From assembly GCA_016933835.1 (NCBI GenBank), contig JAFGAC010000002.1, positions 26,809 to 90,808 of the forward strand: 64,000 bases of DNA, read 5' to 3'. This document shows, one piece after another, positions 23,188 to 33,422 of the stretch. Made by a program: the position numbers and the translations under genes. Source of the stretch: Clostridiales bacterium. GTDB lineage: Bacteria > Bacillota > Clostridia > Peptostreptococcales > Acidaminobacteraceae. Position 1 is the stretch's first letter. The number at the start of each line of letters is the position of its first letter. The notes beneath the pieces are model-generated. The model searched no databases. It was not told the origin of the DNA and worked only from the letters and a program-made list of their open reading frames with translations.

Positions 23188-24000
23188 ATGGATATAAAAA
23201 AAGATGAATTTCTAATGTTTGCAAATTTCATACGCTCAAATTTTGGTATCAACTTGACTGAAAAGAAAACGACTTTCATTATCAGTCGTTTAGGGACAAC
23301 CATTGAAAAACATGGTTTCACAAATTTTTTGGATTATTTCAAGTTTATTACCAATGATAAAAGCGGAGAGGCAATCATAGAGTTTTTAAACAAAATTACA
23401 ACGAATCATACTTATTTTTATCGAGAAGAAAAGCATTTTGAATTTTTTGAATCAGATGTCTTGCCTTATATTCTTGAAAAAGAAAAAAATGTGAGAGATA
23501 TGCGCATTTGGAGTGCGGGCTGTTCTAGTGGCGAAGAGCCTTATACTTTGCTGATGCTTCTCAATGAACTGATGAATTCAGATAAAGGCTATTGGGATAC
23601 AAAAATCCTAGCGACAGATTTATCGAATTATGTACTGTTAAAAGGAAAATCAGGGATTTATCCACTTGACAGTCTGAAATATCTGCCACCTGTCTGGGCG
23701 AAGAAATACTTCAAACCATTGGATGAATCGAATATGGTGATTGACAAGAAAATTAAGGCAGATGTTCTCTTTAGAAGATTTAATCTGATGGAACCTTTTC
23801 CTTTCAAAAGTAAGTTTCACTTGATTTTGTGCAGAAATGTCATGATCTATTTCAACGAAGAGACAAAAAATGAATTGATCAATAAATTTTATGACTATTT
23901 GGAACCTGGTGGTTATTTGTTCATAGGTCATTCCGAGACAATTGATCGGAGTAATTCAAGATTCAAGTATATCAGACCGGCCATATATAGAAAGGAATAG
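23188..24000 (+). CDS. cheR: chemotaxis protein methyltransferase CheR
   Basis: 270 aa. SAM-binding IWSAGCSSGEEPYT. CheR N-terminal helical domain. Confidence 0.93.
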   Translation: MDIKKDEFLMFANFIRSNFGINLTEKKTTFIISRLGTTIEKHGFTNFLDYFKFITNDKSGEAIIEFLNKITTNHTYFYREEKHFEFFESDVLPYILEKEKNVRDMRIWSAGCSSGEEPYTLLMLLNELMNSDKGYWDTKILATDLSNYVLLKGKSGIYPLDSLKYLPPVWAKKYFKPLDESNMVIDKKIKADVLFRRFNLMEPFPFKSKFHLILCRNVMIYFNEETKNELINKFYDYLEPGGYLFIGHSETIDRSNSRFKYIRPAIYRKE

Positions 24001-24002
24001 CC

Positions 24003-25043
24003 ATGAAAACTAAAAAAGTGATAAGGGTCCTTATTGTTGACGACTCAGTAATTTATAGAGAAATGATCAGTCGCCAAATTTCAGAAGATGATCAAATAGA
24101 AGTGGTTGGTAAAGCATCATCTTCTTATGAAGCGCGGGACATGATTATAAAACTAAGACCGGATGTTATGACACTGGACGTTGAAATGCCTAAAATGGAT
24201 GGGATTGAGTTTTTAAAGAAATTGATGCCTCAGTACCCATTGCCTACAATAGTTGTTAGTTCAGCATCTGATCGTGTATTTGACGCACTTAATAGCGGCG
24301 CTGTCGATTTTATTGAAAAACCGAGGAGCAGTGAACATGTCAAATACTTCATTCAAGAATTGGTGGTAAAAATAAAAATAGCATCCACTGCAAAAGTGGG
24401 TCATCATAAACATGTGATAGACAGAAACGATTCAGATTTACAGGCAAAAAGAAACAGCAATCTGCTTGTGGCAATAGGAGCTTCTACTGGTGGCACAAAC
24501 GCAATTGATGAATTGCTCAGAAAATTCACGAGGGATATGCCTGGCACTGTCATTGTGCAACATATGCCTGAAGTGTTCACCAAGCTTTTTTCTGACCGGT
24601 TGAACAATGAATGTGTCGTTGAAGTCAAGGAAGCTGAAAATGGTGATGAAGTCATGACAGGCCGTGTCTTGATAGCACCCGGAAAGAAACACATGCGTGT
24701 TGTCAAACGAAGAAATAAGATTTTTGTAGAACTTGAAGATGAAACAGAAAACAATAAAGTCAGCGGGCATTGCCCATCAGTTGATGTGCTTTTTCAATCT
24801 GTAGCGAAAAACATTGGAAAAAATTCCATAGGAATCATATTGACGGGCATGGGTAAAGATGGTGCGGATGGACTGCTTCAAATGAAACAGATGGGATCCA
24901 AGACTATCGGGCAAGATGAAGCTTCATCAGTTGTCTATGGTATGCCTAAAGTAGCCTATGAACGAGGTGCTGTCGATGTGCAAGTAGCATTGCCTAAAAT
25001 CTACGACACTTTGAAAGATTTAATCGACAAATTTGAGGTGTAA
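24003..25043 (+). CDS. cheB: chemotaxis response regulator methylesterase CheB
   Basis: 346 aa. REC domain (DVMTLDVEMPKMDG) plus esterase motifs GASTGG, HCPSVD, GMGKDGA. Confidence 0.95.
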   Translation: MKTKKVIRVLIVDDSVIYREMISRQISEDDQIEVVGKASSSYEARDMIIKLRPDVMTLDVEMPKMDGIEFLKKLMPQYPLPTIVVSSASDRVFDALNSGAVDFIEKPRSSEHVKYFIQELVVKIKIASTAKVGHHKHVIDRNDSDLQAKRNSNLLVAIGASTGGTNAIDELLRKFTRDMPGTVIVQHMPEVFTKLFSDRLNNECVVEVKEAENGDEVMTGRVLIAPGKKHMRVVKRRNKIFVELEDETENNKVSGHCPSVDVLFQSVAKNIGKNSIGIILTGMGKDGADGLLQMKQMGSKTIGQDEASSVVYGMPKVAYERGAVDVQVALPKIYDTLKDLIDKFEV

Positions 25044-25046
25044 TAA

Positions 25047-25538
25047 ATGGATTTGAATGTCATAGGAATCGCCGATATGAAAATTTCTAACCAGGGAACA
25101 CTGCTTACATATGGGCTTGGATCATGTGTTGGAATTGCAATATATGATGAAAGAACAAAGTGGAGTGGATTAATTCATATCATGCTTCCTGACAGCAATT
25201 TTTTTGCGGTATTGGACAATCCATTGAAGTTTGCTGATACAGGTATTCCTTTAATGGTGGATGAACTTGTCAAAAAAGGTGCGCAAAAATCCTTCATGAA
25301 GGCAAAAATTGCAGGTGGATCAGCAATGTATGCCAATGACAAGGTTAAATCTGCATTTTTTGATATAGGAAAAATGAATATTCAAGCTTCTCTTGCTGCA
25401 CTTGAGAAGTTGGATATAGAAATAATAGGGCAAGATACAGGTGGCTATTGCAGCCGGACATTGGAATTTGATATTCCTATGAGTTCATTGAAAATAAAGA
25501 AAATGTCAAAAGAACGTTTAGACATTTTACATTTATAA
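25047..25538 (+). CDS. cheD: chemoreceptor glutamine deamidase CheD
   Basis: 163 aa. Catalytic-Cys motif GLGSCVGI. Confidence 0.9.
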   Translation: MDLNVIGIADMKISNQGTLLTYGLGSCVGIAIYDERTKWSGLIHIMLPDSNFFAVLDNPLKFADTGIPLMVDELVKKGAQKSFMKAKIAGGSAMYANDKVKSAFFDIGKMNIQASLAALEKLDIEIIGQDTGGYCSRTLEFDIPMSSLKIKKMSKERLDILHL

Positions 25539-25559
25539 CTTTTGAGGAGGAAATAAAAA

Positions 25560-25922
25560 ATGGCAAAGAGAATTTTAGTAGTGGATGATGCAGTTTTCAT
25601 GAGAATGATGTTGAAGGATATTTTAGAAAAAAACGGATTTGAAGTCGCTGGTGAAGCTGCCAATGGCTTGGAAGCGATTGAAGTTTATAAAGAAACAAAA
25701 CCTGATCTAGTGACAATGGATGTGACAATGCCTGAATTAGATGGATTGGGTGCATTAAAGGAGATCATCAAAATAAACTCTTCTGCAAAAGTGATTATGT
25801 GTAGTGCCATGGGACAACAGGGTATGGTTATGGATGCAATCAAAGCAGGAGCGAAGGATTTTATTGTCAAGCCATTTAATGGGGATCGTGTAGTAGAAGC
25901 ACTCAATAAAGTTTTGGGATAG
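25560..25922 (+). CDS. cheY: chemotaxis response regulator CheY
   Basis: 120 aa single REC domain. DD pair, phospho-acceptor D in TMDVTMPELDG, and K in FIVKPF. Confidence 0.95.
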   Translation: MAKRILVVDDAVFMRMMLKDILEKNGFEVAGEAANGLEAIEVYKETKPDLVTMDVTMPELDGLGALKEIIKINSSAKVIMCSAMGQQGMVMDAIKAGAKDFIVKPFNGDRVVEALNKVLG

Positions 25923-25949
25923 TTTTCATATTGAATATAGAGATAGGAG

Positions 25950-26954
25950 GTGAGTCTTTTGAAAAAAGTTTTATCGCAAGAGGAAATAGATTCGTTGATA
26001 AACGCACTAGCCAGTGGTGAAATTATAGAAGAACCGGATTCTTCGGTTGAAGAAAATTTAAATGTTAAAAATTATGATTTTAGAAGACCAAATAAACTCT
26101 CAAAAGATCACATCAATTCTATTGAGAATATTTATGAAAATTATGCGAGAATGACGGCTAACGTCTTGTCGAATCATCTTAGAACAACAGTTGAAATGTT
26201 GATTGGTTCTATAGAACAAGTCAGTTACGGTGAATTTATACGTTCGATTCCAAATCCGACAATTCTTTTATTGTTTAGAATGGAGCCCTTTAGAGGACCC
26301 GTCATTTTGGAAGCCAATGCCAGTTTAGGATTTCAGTTTATCAATTTTCTATGTGGAGGTTCGGTTGCTGAAGATTTTGAAGTGAGAAATTTTACTGAGA
26401 TTGAAACAACATTACTTCAAGATATCTTTCAAATGATTGTAGATATGAATAAAACGGTCTGGAAAGATTTGATTGATTTAGTGCCAATCATCGACAAAAT
26501 GGAATCCAATCCACAGTTGAATCAGTCATTGCCATACAGTGAATCTGTAGTGCTCTTGACCTTTAAGATAAAGATTGATGAATCGCAAAGCATCATGAAT
26601 CTTTGTATTCCGTATCGTGCTTTAGATCCTGTAATCGAAAAGCTCCACACAGTGAAATATGATACACGGGATATGAATGAAAACAATGATAAATATAAAA
26701 AAGAAATTGAAGGACTCATTGACGACTCCAGTTTGGATATGGATGTTGTCCTTGGAAAAACAAATATCACCATTGAAGACTTCGTGGACTTGCAAGAAGG
26801 AGACGTTATTCAATTGTCATCTTCAGTCGAGGAATTATTGGAAATGTATATAGAAGACACCTTGTATTTTTATGTGCAGCCAGGTGTGCATAATAAAAAA
26901 CTATCGGTGCAGATTGTGAAAGATACTGGAAAGGAAGTGGATATCGATGAGTGA
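25950..26954 (+). CDS. fliM: flagellar motor switch protein FliM
   Basis: N-terminal CheY-P binding peptide LSQEEIDSLI. FliM middle domain and FliN-like C-terminus. The true start may be TTG 25959 (better spacing from AGGAGG). Confidence 0.93.
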   Translation: MSLLKKVLSQEEIDSLINALASGEIIEEPDSSVEENLNVKNYDFRRPNKLSKDHINSIENIYENYARMTANVLSNHLRTTVEMLIGSIEQVSYGEFIRSIPNPTILLLFRMEPFRGPVILEANASLGFQFINFLCGGSVAEDFEVRNFTEIETTLLQDIFQMIVDMNKTVWKDLIDLVPIIDKMESNPQLNQSLPYSESVVLLTFKIKIDESQSIMNLCIPYRALDPVIEKLHTVKYDTRDMNENNDKYKKEIEGLIDDSSLDMDVVLGKTNITIEDFVDLQEGDVIQLSSSVEELLEMYIEDTLYFYVQPGVHNKKLSVQIVKDTGKEVDIDE

Positions 26955-28002
26955 TAAATTTTTATCCCAAGATGAAATTGATGCGTTGTTGAAAATGAAT
27001 CAAGACGTTAATGAAGAGCCTGAGAAGATTGATGATATTGCTCGTGATGTGTTAGGAGAAGTCGGTAATATCTCCATGTCTAATTCAGCTACAGCTCTTT
27101 CAACACTTTTAAATAGAAAAGTCAATATTACGACACCTAAGGTGGAATTGGTTTCCATCAAGCATCTGACAGAAAATTTTGATATGCCTTATGTTTTGCT
27201 TTTAATTAAATTTGATGAAGGTTTTATCGGTTCCAATGCACTTTTAATGGACGTAAAAGATGCTTCGATCATTGCAAGTATTTTGATGGGTGGAGACGGA
27301 TCGAATCCTAATACGGAGTTGTCAGAAATAGAGCTGAGTGCAGTTTCAGAGGTCATGAATCAGATGATTGGATCAGCTTCCACAGCATTGGCAACGATGT
27401 TCAACAAGCGGGTCAATATTTCACCGCCTATTGTTAAAATTATAGGACAAGATGCCGATTTGCAAATTGCCGGTATGGATATGGACGATGTTGTCAAGAT
27501 ATCATTTAGAATGACAGTTGACGATTTGATTGATTCTGAAATCATGCAACTCTATTCGATGGAAACTGCTGAACAGATTATTTCTCAGATGATGGGAGAA
27601 ACGGCGCAAGAAGTTGAAGAAAAAGAAACACCAAAGCCGAAACTGGTAGAGAAGGAAGTTGAATACGAGGAAGAAGAAAGTGTTGTTGAAATCAAAAAAC
27701 CAAAATTCAACTCGCTGACTGAAAAAGAAACTGTTAGAGGCAAGAGCAACATTGACATGATCATGGATGTTCCATTGGAACTCAGTGTCATTTTAGGAAG
27801 GTCGAGACGATCAATCAAGGATATTCTATCGTTTGAACCAGGTGCCATCATTGAACTGAATGAAGTGGTTGAAGAACCTTTGGATGTTTATGTGAATGGC
27901 AAGTTGATTGCGAAGGGTGAAGTGGTTGTCATCGATGAAAAATTCGGTATCAGAATCACAAATATCTTGAGTGCAAAAGAACGTGTAAAAAAATTGAGAT
28001 AA
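26947..28002 (+). CDS. fliY: flagellar motor switch phosphatase FliY (CheC-like domain plus FliN domain)
   Basis: 351 aa. LSQDEIDALL, CheC-like repeats, acidic linker, C-terminal FliN/SpoA domain (VILGRSRRSIKDILSFEPGAIIELN). Confidence 0.9.
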   Translation: MSDKFLSQDEIDALLKMNQDVNEEPEKIDDIARDVLGEVGNISMSNSATALSTLLNRKVNITTPKVELVSIKHLTENFDMPYVLLLIKFDEGFIGSNALLMDVKDASIIASILMGGDGSNPNTELSEIELSAVSEVMNQMIGSASTALATMFNKRVNISPPIVKIIGQDADLQIAGMDMDDVVKISFRMTVDDLIDSEIMQLYSMETAEQIISQMMGETAQEVEEKETPKPKLVEKEVEYEEEESVVEIKKPKFNSLTEKETVRGKSNIDMIMDVPLELSVILGRSRRSIKDILSFEPGAIIELNEVVEEPLDVYVNGKLIAKGEVVVIDEKFGIRITNILSAKERVKKLR

Positions 28003-28007
28003 ATAGT

Positions 28008-28033
28008 TAATTAATTGTCTTTACTGCCGATAA
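28008..28033 (+). promoter_or_regulatory. sigma-D type promoter upstream of flgM
   Basis: The -10 element GCCGATAA at 28026-28033 matches GCCGATAT at 7/8. There is a TTAA -35-like element at 28008-28011 with a 14-nt spacer. Confidence 0.55.
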
Positions 28034-28075
28034 GTGTATTAGAAGAGATTAACCCTTAAAAAGGTGGGATAGATT

Positions 28076-28357
28076 ATGAAAATCAATAGAAGTGGCTACA
28101 CTCAAATGATTCAGCAAATGGAACAAGTGAAAAAAGCGAAAACAGATTCAAGCAGTGTTGAGAAGAAGGATTCTATAGAGATTTCTAAGGAATCGATGAA
28201 AATAAATGAATATGTCAAGAATTCTCAGACTTCTAATGCTGAAAGAGTGGAGCAGATAAAAAACCAGTTGAAAGAGGGAACTTATAAGGTTTCATCGGAA
28301 AAGTTGGCTGAAAAGATTTTGGAAAAAATCAATGATCAAACAATTGAGGTAGAATAA
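28076..28357 (+). CDS. flgM: anti-sigma-28 factor FlgM
   Basis: 93 aa. C-terminal IKNQLKEGTYKVSSEKLAEKIL is typical of FlgM. Conserved flgM-flgN-flgK-flgL order. Confidence 0.85.
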   Translation: MKINRSGYTQMIQQMEQVKKAKTDSSSVEKKDSIEISKESMKINEYVKNSQTSNAERVEQIKNQLKEGTYKVSSEKLAEKILEKINDQTIEVE

Positions 28358-28358
28358 G

Positions 28359-28796
28359 ATGTTATCAATTTTAAAAGCTCATTTAAACAAATTAAATGAG
28401 CTAAAACTATTATTGGAAAAAGAAAAGAGTGCTCTTATCAATCTTGATGAAGAAGCCTTGATGGGAATTGTACATCTGAAATCAGAAAAGGTAAAAGAGA
28501 TTGATGAGATTGAAAGCAACCGCATGGAAACGTTTGGTGAAGATTCTTTTCAGTCCTTTGTCAAGGAAAACAAAGAGGCTGTCAATCTCATTGACAGGAT
28601 CAAGCAGGTAGTTCATGAAATACAAGAATTGCAAGAGATGAATCTGTTGTTGACGCAGCAGGCGATGGATTACAATAGCACCTTGATGACACTGGTTCAA
28701 AAGGCGCTTAAGAAAAGCACGCAGACTTATGGTTACAACGGGAAGATAAAATTAGCAAATCTTGGAGCAAAAGGTTCACTTGATAAATCAGTGTAA
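28359..28796 (+). CDS. flgN: FlgN-like flagellar export chaperone
   Basis: 145 aa helical protein lying between flgM and flgK. Confidence 0.65.
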   Translation: MLSILKAHLNKLNELKLLLEKEKSALINLDEEALMGIVHLKSEKVKEIDEIESNRMETFGEDSFQSFVKENKEAVNLIDRIKQVVHEIQELQEMNLLLTQQAMDYNSTLMTLVQKALKKSTQTYGYNGKIKLANLGAKGSLDKSV

Positions 28797-28808
28797 GGAG
28801 ATATCGAT

Positions 28809-30410
28809 ATGTCAGGATTATTTAATTCATTCAACATAGCCAGAACTGGCATGTACACAACTCAAACTAAAATCAATGTAGCGAGTCACAATATCGCCAA
28901 TGCAGCGACTGACGGATATTCTCGACAGAATGTGAACGTTTCTACAACGATTCCTAATACGCTTCCAGGCATAGGACAGATGGGGACAGGTGTAGAGATT
29001 GACTCTATCACAAGAACAAGAGATATCTATCTTGACAACCAAGTGCGTTATGAAAGTTCATTGAGTGGAAAATTCGAATCGACTACAACTGTAATGGAAC
29101 AGGTGGAAATAGTTTTCCTGGAGCCAAGCGATACAGGTCTCAATACAGTGATGAATGAGATGTGGACTTCTTGGCAGGAACTCAGCAAGACGCCTGAAAA
29201 TTCCAACACACGCACACTAGTGACACAAAACGCCCTTACATTTACAGACAACGTCAATCATATGATGGATCAGTTGGATACCATCGTCGAGGATGCCGTG
29301 TCATTGTCTGAATCGAAGGCTTACGATGCAAATTCTCTTTTAAATCAAGTCAATGATTTAAATGATCAAATATATAGGACTAAACTGAGAGGACTTGAAC
29401 CAAATGATCTGATGGATCAAAGAGATTTACTCTTGGACAAGCTCTCCAGCATTATTGATATTGATACAAAACTTTCCCAATTTGGTTCTGTTGAGGTCAC
29501 CAGCGCTGAAACAGGCGTCGTGCTTCTCAGCGACAATCCTCAGGAACTGCCTGAAGGTCAGATCAATATCATCAGAGACATTCAATTCGATGGTAGCAAT
29601 TACACCTTCACTATGGCAAAAAATGGAGATGTCAATGATGTTTCAACATATTCTACAACAATTGATATGTCTGATTATGCGGAAGGTGATGTGGTGTTTG
29701 TCGATCCGATGACTTGGGAAGACAATCCACCGGTAATGGTCAAAGCAGAAATAACACAAGGTCAACTGGCGGGACAGATGCAGTCAATTGATCTTGTTCA
29801 AAAGTATGAAGAACAGATAGATAAATTGGTTCAATCCCTAGCAATGTCAATCAACACGATTCACAGGGATGATGGTGCAGATGTAAACGGCGGCATTGAT
29901 TTCTTTACTGCCAAAGACGGTGTTTCAAGCATCACAGCCAGAAATATCACAGTAAATCAGGCGATCGTCGATGATGTTTCACTGGTCAATACAGGTGCGT
30001 TGGCATCTTCTCCTGAAGGAGACGGTTCAAGGGCGCTTGCCATTGCTCAGCTGAGAAATGGCATGTATCCTATCAATGATATCGATAGCTTTCAATCTTA
30101 CATTGACGCCAATTATGATCCGGCGACAATGACAATAGCGCCGACGACTTCTGGAACAGCCTTTGACAGTTATTATAAGGATATTATTGCAAAAGTAGGC
30201 ATCGATGCTCAAGGAGCTCAAAGAGGACTTGAAAATCAAAACAATCTACTGCTGCAGCTGACTCAGAGAAGAGAATCCATTTCAGGTGTTTCCATCGATG
30301 AGGAAGTAGCGAACCTTGTACAGCTTCAAACGGCTTACCAGGCAAACGCCAAGGTTATGAGCACAATTACGATGATGTTGGATACTTTAATCAACGGCAT
30401 GGGATTATAG
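28809..30410 (+). CDS. flgK: flagellar hook-associated protein 1 FlgK
   Basis: 533 aa. Rod/hook N-terminal motif (VASHNIANAATDGYSRQ) and C-terminal VSIDEEVANLVQLQTAYQANAKV. Confidence 0.93.
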   Translation: MSGLFNSFNIARTGMYTTQTKINVASHNIANAATDGYSRQNVNVSTTIPNTLPGIGQMGTGVEIDSITRTRDIYLDNQVRYESSLSGKFESTTTVMEQVEIVFLEPSDTGLNTVMNEMWTSWQELSKTPENSNTRTLVTQNALTFTDNVNHMMDQLDTIVEDAVSLSESKAYDANSLLNQVNDLNDQIYRTKLRGLEPNDLMDQRDLLLDKLSSIIDIDTKLSQFGSVEVTSAETGVVLLSDNPQELPEGQINIIRDIQFDGSNYTFTMAKNGDVNDVSTYSTTIDMSDYAEGDVVFVDPMTWEDNPPVMVKAEITQGQLAGQMQSIDLVQKYEEQIDKLVQSLAMSINTIHRDDGADVNGGIDFFTAKDGVSSITARNITVNQAIVDDVSLVNTGALASSPEGDGSRALAIAQLRNGMYPINDIDSFQSYIDANYDPATMTIAPTTSGTAFDSYYKDIIAKVGIDAQGAQRGLENQNNLLLQLTQRRESISGVSIDEEVANLVQLQTAYQANAKVMSTITMMLDTLINGMGL

Positions 30411-30420
30411 GTGATATAAG

Positions 30421-31311
30421 ATGAGAGTGACAACTAAAAATTTAATGAATAATTATTTGACAAATTTGAATAGGAATCTGACAGAAATGCAGAAGTATCA
30501 AAATCAGATGTCATCAGGAAAAGAAATCTTGAAGCCGTCCGATAATCCATTCGGAACAATTAGAGCCATGGATTTGGATACTTCCATTAAACAGAACGAC
30601 CAATACTTGAAAAACATCGAGGATTCCATCGGTTGGACTGGTATGACAGAAAGTGCTTTAGGAAACCTGACAGATTCACTTCAGAGAACGAGAGAACTGA
30701 CAGTATATGGATCAAATGGTTCTCTATCTGATACTGATATGAAAGCGATCGCTGAAGAAATCAAGCAGATTATAAGTCAGGTAGCTGAAGTCGGCAATAC
30801 AAATTACGACGGAAGATATATTTTTGCAGGACAATCGACATCGAAACCGCCTTTTGAGGTCGTAGATGATGTGATTCAAACAGCAACTGACATCAGCGGC
30901 AGTTTGAGCAGAGAAGTCTCTGAAAGCGTTACCATGGACATCAATGTTTCAGGCACGCGTCTGATGGATGGATCAAGTGAAGATCTTTCTGTAACGCTGA
31001 AAAACATATACGATCGCTTGATGAGTGGTGACAACACTGCACTTTCAAACGATTCATTAGGGAAACTGGATGAGCAGATGGACAATATACTCAGTTTGAG
31101 AGCTGAAGTCGGTGCGAAATACAACCGTTTGGAAGCTTCTAAAATTAAAAATGAAACGCAGAATCTTAACTTGACTGAACTTTATGCGAAGACAATCGAC
31201 ATCGATATTGCAGAGAAAGTTATGCAGTACTCAATGATGGAGTCCGTCTATCAGGCATCTTTAGCAACGGGCGGGAAAATACTTCAACCGACGCTGCTCA
31301 ATTATTTATAA
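30421..31311 (+). CDS. flgL: flagellar hook-associated protein 3 FlgL
   Basis: 296 aa. Flagellin-like N- and C-terminal helices. Follows flgK. Confidence 0.9.
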   Translation: MRVTTKNLMNNYLTNLNRNLTEMQKYQNQMSSGKEILKPSDNPFGTIRAMDLDTSIKQNDQYLKNIEDSIGWTGMTESALGNLTDSLQRTRELTVYGSNGSLSDTDMKAIAEEIKQIISQVAEVGNTNYDGRYIFAGQSTSKPPFEVVDDVIQTATDISGSLSREVSESVTMDINVSGTRLMDGSSEDLSVTLKNIYDRLMSGDNTALSNDSLGKLDEQMDNILSLRAEVGAKYNRLEASKIKNETQNLNLTELYAKTIDIDIAEKVMQYSMMESVYQASLATGGKILQPTLLNYL

Positions 31312-31331
31312 GTTGAAGAGGAGATTGAGTT

Positions 31332-31766
31332 ATGAATATTCAAACTAAATTTTTTGGGGAAGTTGAAATAAATCAGGATAACGTCTTAAATTTCAAAGAA
31401 GGCATCCTCGGTTTTGAAGACAATAAGCAGTACATTTTGCTTAATCTATTTGAAACTCAAAGTTTTACTTGTCTTCAAAGCATCACAGATGACAAGATTG
31501 CTTTTATATTAGTGAAACCATGGGATTTCTTCCCTGACTATGCAATTGATATTTCCGATGAAGAATTGAATGAAATAAATATAAAAAATGAAAAAGAAAT
31601 AGCGCTTTACAACATCGTTTCAATTCCCAATGATTTGAAGCAATCAACTGCCAACCTTTTAGCGCCTATTGTCATCAACATTGAAAAAAAAGACGGTAAG
31701 CAATATGTTCTTAGGGAAGACAAATATACAGTCAAGCATTTTATATTCCCAAGAGAGGAGGATTGA
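31332..31766 (+). CDS. fliW: flagellar assembly factor FliW
   Basis: 144 aa. FGEVEI...FKEGILGFE signature. Adjacent to csrA. Confidence 0.92.
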   Translation: MNIQTKFFGEVEINQDNVLNFKEGILGFEDNKQYILLNLFETQSFTCLQSITDDKIAFILVKPWDFFPDYAIDISDEELNEINIKNEKEIALYNIVSIPNDLKQSTANLLAPIVINIEKKDGKQYVLREDKYTVKHFIFPREED

Positions 31767-31767
31767 C

Positions 31768-31977
31768 ATGTTAGTCCTCACGAGAAAGCTGGATGAAGGC
31801 ATTGTTCTCAGTGGCGACATCGTCATCAAAATCCTGGGAATAGAAGACGGCAAAGTAAAAATAGGAATTGAAGCACCTAAGCATATTGAAATTCATCGCG
31901 AAGAAATTTTTGAACTGATCAAAAATGAAAATAAGAATGCGATCAATATCAATATTGAACAATTGAAGAAATTATAG
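31768..31977 (+). CDS. csrA: carbon storage regulator CsrA (flagellin translation repressor)
   Basis: MLVLTRKLDEGIVL...IGIEAPKHIEIHREEI. Start at ATG 31768 after GAGGAGG. The ORF-track upstream extension overlaps fliW and is not credible. Confidence 0.93.
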   Translation: MLVLTRKLDEGIVLSGDIVIKILGIEDGKVKIGIEAPKHIEIHREEIFELIKNENKNAININIEQLKKL

Positions 31978-31979
31978 TG

Positions 31980-32010
31980 GCCTAGAAAACTTTCTAGGCT
32001 TCTCATTTTG
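31980..32010 (+). terminator. terminator-like hairpin after csrA
   Basis: GCCTAGAAA / TTTCTAGGC 9-bp stem, followed by TTCTCATTTT. Confidence 0.5.
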
Positions 32011-32022
32011 GAGGAAAACAGC

Positions 32023-32352
32023 ATGGAGAATGATCTGTATGATCGCTTATACAAGAAATTGAAAAAGATTGAATCAGATGAAGAAAAGAGACTCAAGGAA
32101 AATGGTGAAAATCAAAAACGATACCATGAATTGATGGATGCAAGAATTGAACACAATGGTGCTGTCAGTTTTGCCATTGTAAAGGGCTTGGAAAAGGGCA
32201 AGGAAGATGGCAAGCGTGAAATGAGAATTGAGATTGCCAGTAAAATGCTGAAAGCAGATATGGCAAATGATGTAATTATAGAAATGACAAGCCTCAGCGA
32301 AAATGAAATCAACCATTTGAAAGAAAAAATCAAAGATGATACAAATTCATAA
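32023..32352 (+). CDS. hypothetical charged helical protein
   Basis: ATG 32023 after GGAGGA. 109 aa, Lys/Glu-rich. The C-terminal portion loosely resembles the helical tail of Rpn/YhgA-like proteins (from memory, tentative). Confidence 0.5.
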   Translation: MENDLYDRLYKKLKKIESDEEKRLKENGENQKRYHELMDARIEHNGAVSFAIVKGLEKGKEDGKREMRIEIASKMLKADMANDVIIEMTSLSENEINHLKEKIKDDTNS

Positions 32353-32359
32353 AAATATC

Positions 32360-32403
32360 AAACAGCTATGAACAAGAGATACTCAATGTTTATAGCTGTT
32401 TTT
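32360..32403. terminator. possible bidirectional terminator between convergent small genes
   Basis: AAACAGCTAT / ATAGCTGTTT 10-bp stem with a long 22-nt loop, followed by a T-run. Confidence 0.4.
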
Positions 32404-32409
32404 CTATAA

Positions 32410-32667
32410 TCATATGATCTTGTGAGTTTTCATCAATGCCAAAAAAGCTTCAACAGTCAACTTTTCGCCAAAAAGCTCTCGAAATTTATAACTCTTTTCT
32501 TTTCCTTGTTCTCGTAGTTTTTCCAGTTCCATAGGAATCTGCTGTTGTCTTAATAAAAGATGATCCAACAGATTTTCATATTTAGCCAATACCTCAATGA
32601 TTTCATCAATGGAATTATTTGAACTGAAAGATTTTGTTTCCTCTGAGTAATGCGTCAATCGATTCAT
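32410..32667 (-). CDS. hypothetical protein
   Basis: 85 aa. Good RBS (GAGGAG, 7-nt spacing). Helical/coiled-coil composition. No recognised family. Confidence 0.5.
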   Translation of the reverse strand: MNRLTHYSEETKSFSSNNSIDEIIEVLAKYENLLDHLLLRQQQIPMELEKLREQGKEKSYKFRELFGEKLTVEAFLALMKTHKII

Positions 32668-32819
32668 AAGTCAACTCCTCGCATAATTAATATAATGTAT
32701 TGATACCCAGGTATGCTTGTTTCATAACTCCATAACTCTTTACCCGGCACCGCTTTACAATAACGTATTGATTTGCTCCATTAAAAAGCATATAATACTA
32801 TTATGAGGAGGAAATAAGT

Positions 32820-33422
32820 ATGATAAAATCTCTTTTAGAATTACAAGAGCTTTATAAAGATTATTCAGACGTTATTGGTAAAATTAATAGAGAAGTAAAA
32901 AAAGAAAATTTATTTACAGTTATAAGAGGTCTCTATGAAACAGATTATAGGACTCCAGGTCATCTATTATCTGCATATATATATGGTCCTTCTTATCTAT
33001 CCTTTGAATACGCGCTTTCTCAGCATGGACTTATTCCAGAAAAAGTATCTGTATATACAAATGCTAGTTTCAATAAAAGAAAATCAAAAAAATATACAAA
33101 TACATTTGGAATATATACCTATCGTGATATTCCTAAAAAGGCATTTCCATATGGAATTAAAGCTCATATTGTAAATGGATATTCCTATTTTATTGCTACA
33201 AAAGAAAAAGCGCTTTGCGATAGCTTATACATTGCACCGCCACAAACAAGTATGAAAAGGCTTAAAATTTTAATGTTTGACGATTTAAGAATTGATATAG
33301 ACATGTTTTTTGAACTTGATGTTGAAGAATTATTGTTTTTATGTGATAAATATAAGTCTAAAAATATATGGTTACTAAAAAAAATAGTTTTGAAGGAGAT
33401 GATCGGCAATGACAATAATTGA
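32820..33422 (+). CDS. abiEi: AbiEi-family antitoxin / transcriptional regulator (type IV TA, abortive infection)
   Basis: 200 aa. Pattern IRGLYE...PSYLSFEYALSQHGLIPE...ATKEKALCDSLY is typical of AbiEi_3/4 domain proteins. Overlaps the downstream nucleotidyltransferase gene by 14 nt. Confidence 0.75.
   Translation: MIKSLLELQELYKDYSDVIGKINREVKKENLFTVIRGLYETDYRTPGHLLSAYIYGPSYLSFEYALSQHGLIPEKVSVYTNASFNKRKSKKYTNTFGIYTYRDIPKKAFPYGIKAHIVNGYSYFIATKEKALCDSLYIAPPQTSMKRLKILMFDDLRIDIDMFFELDVEELLFLCDKYKSKNIWLLKKIVLKEMIGNDNN

Noticed and set aside
31669-31767. Long N-terminal extension of the csrA ORF given in the ORF track
   Set aside because: It overlaps fliW in another frame and has no SD. Canonical CsrA (MLVLTRK...) starts at ATG 31768 after GAGGAGG.
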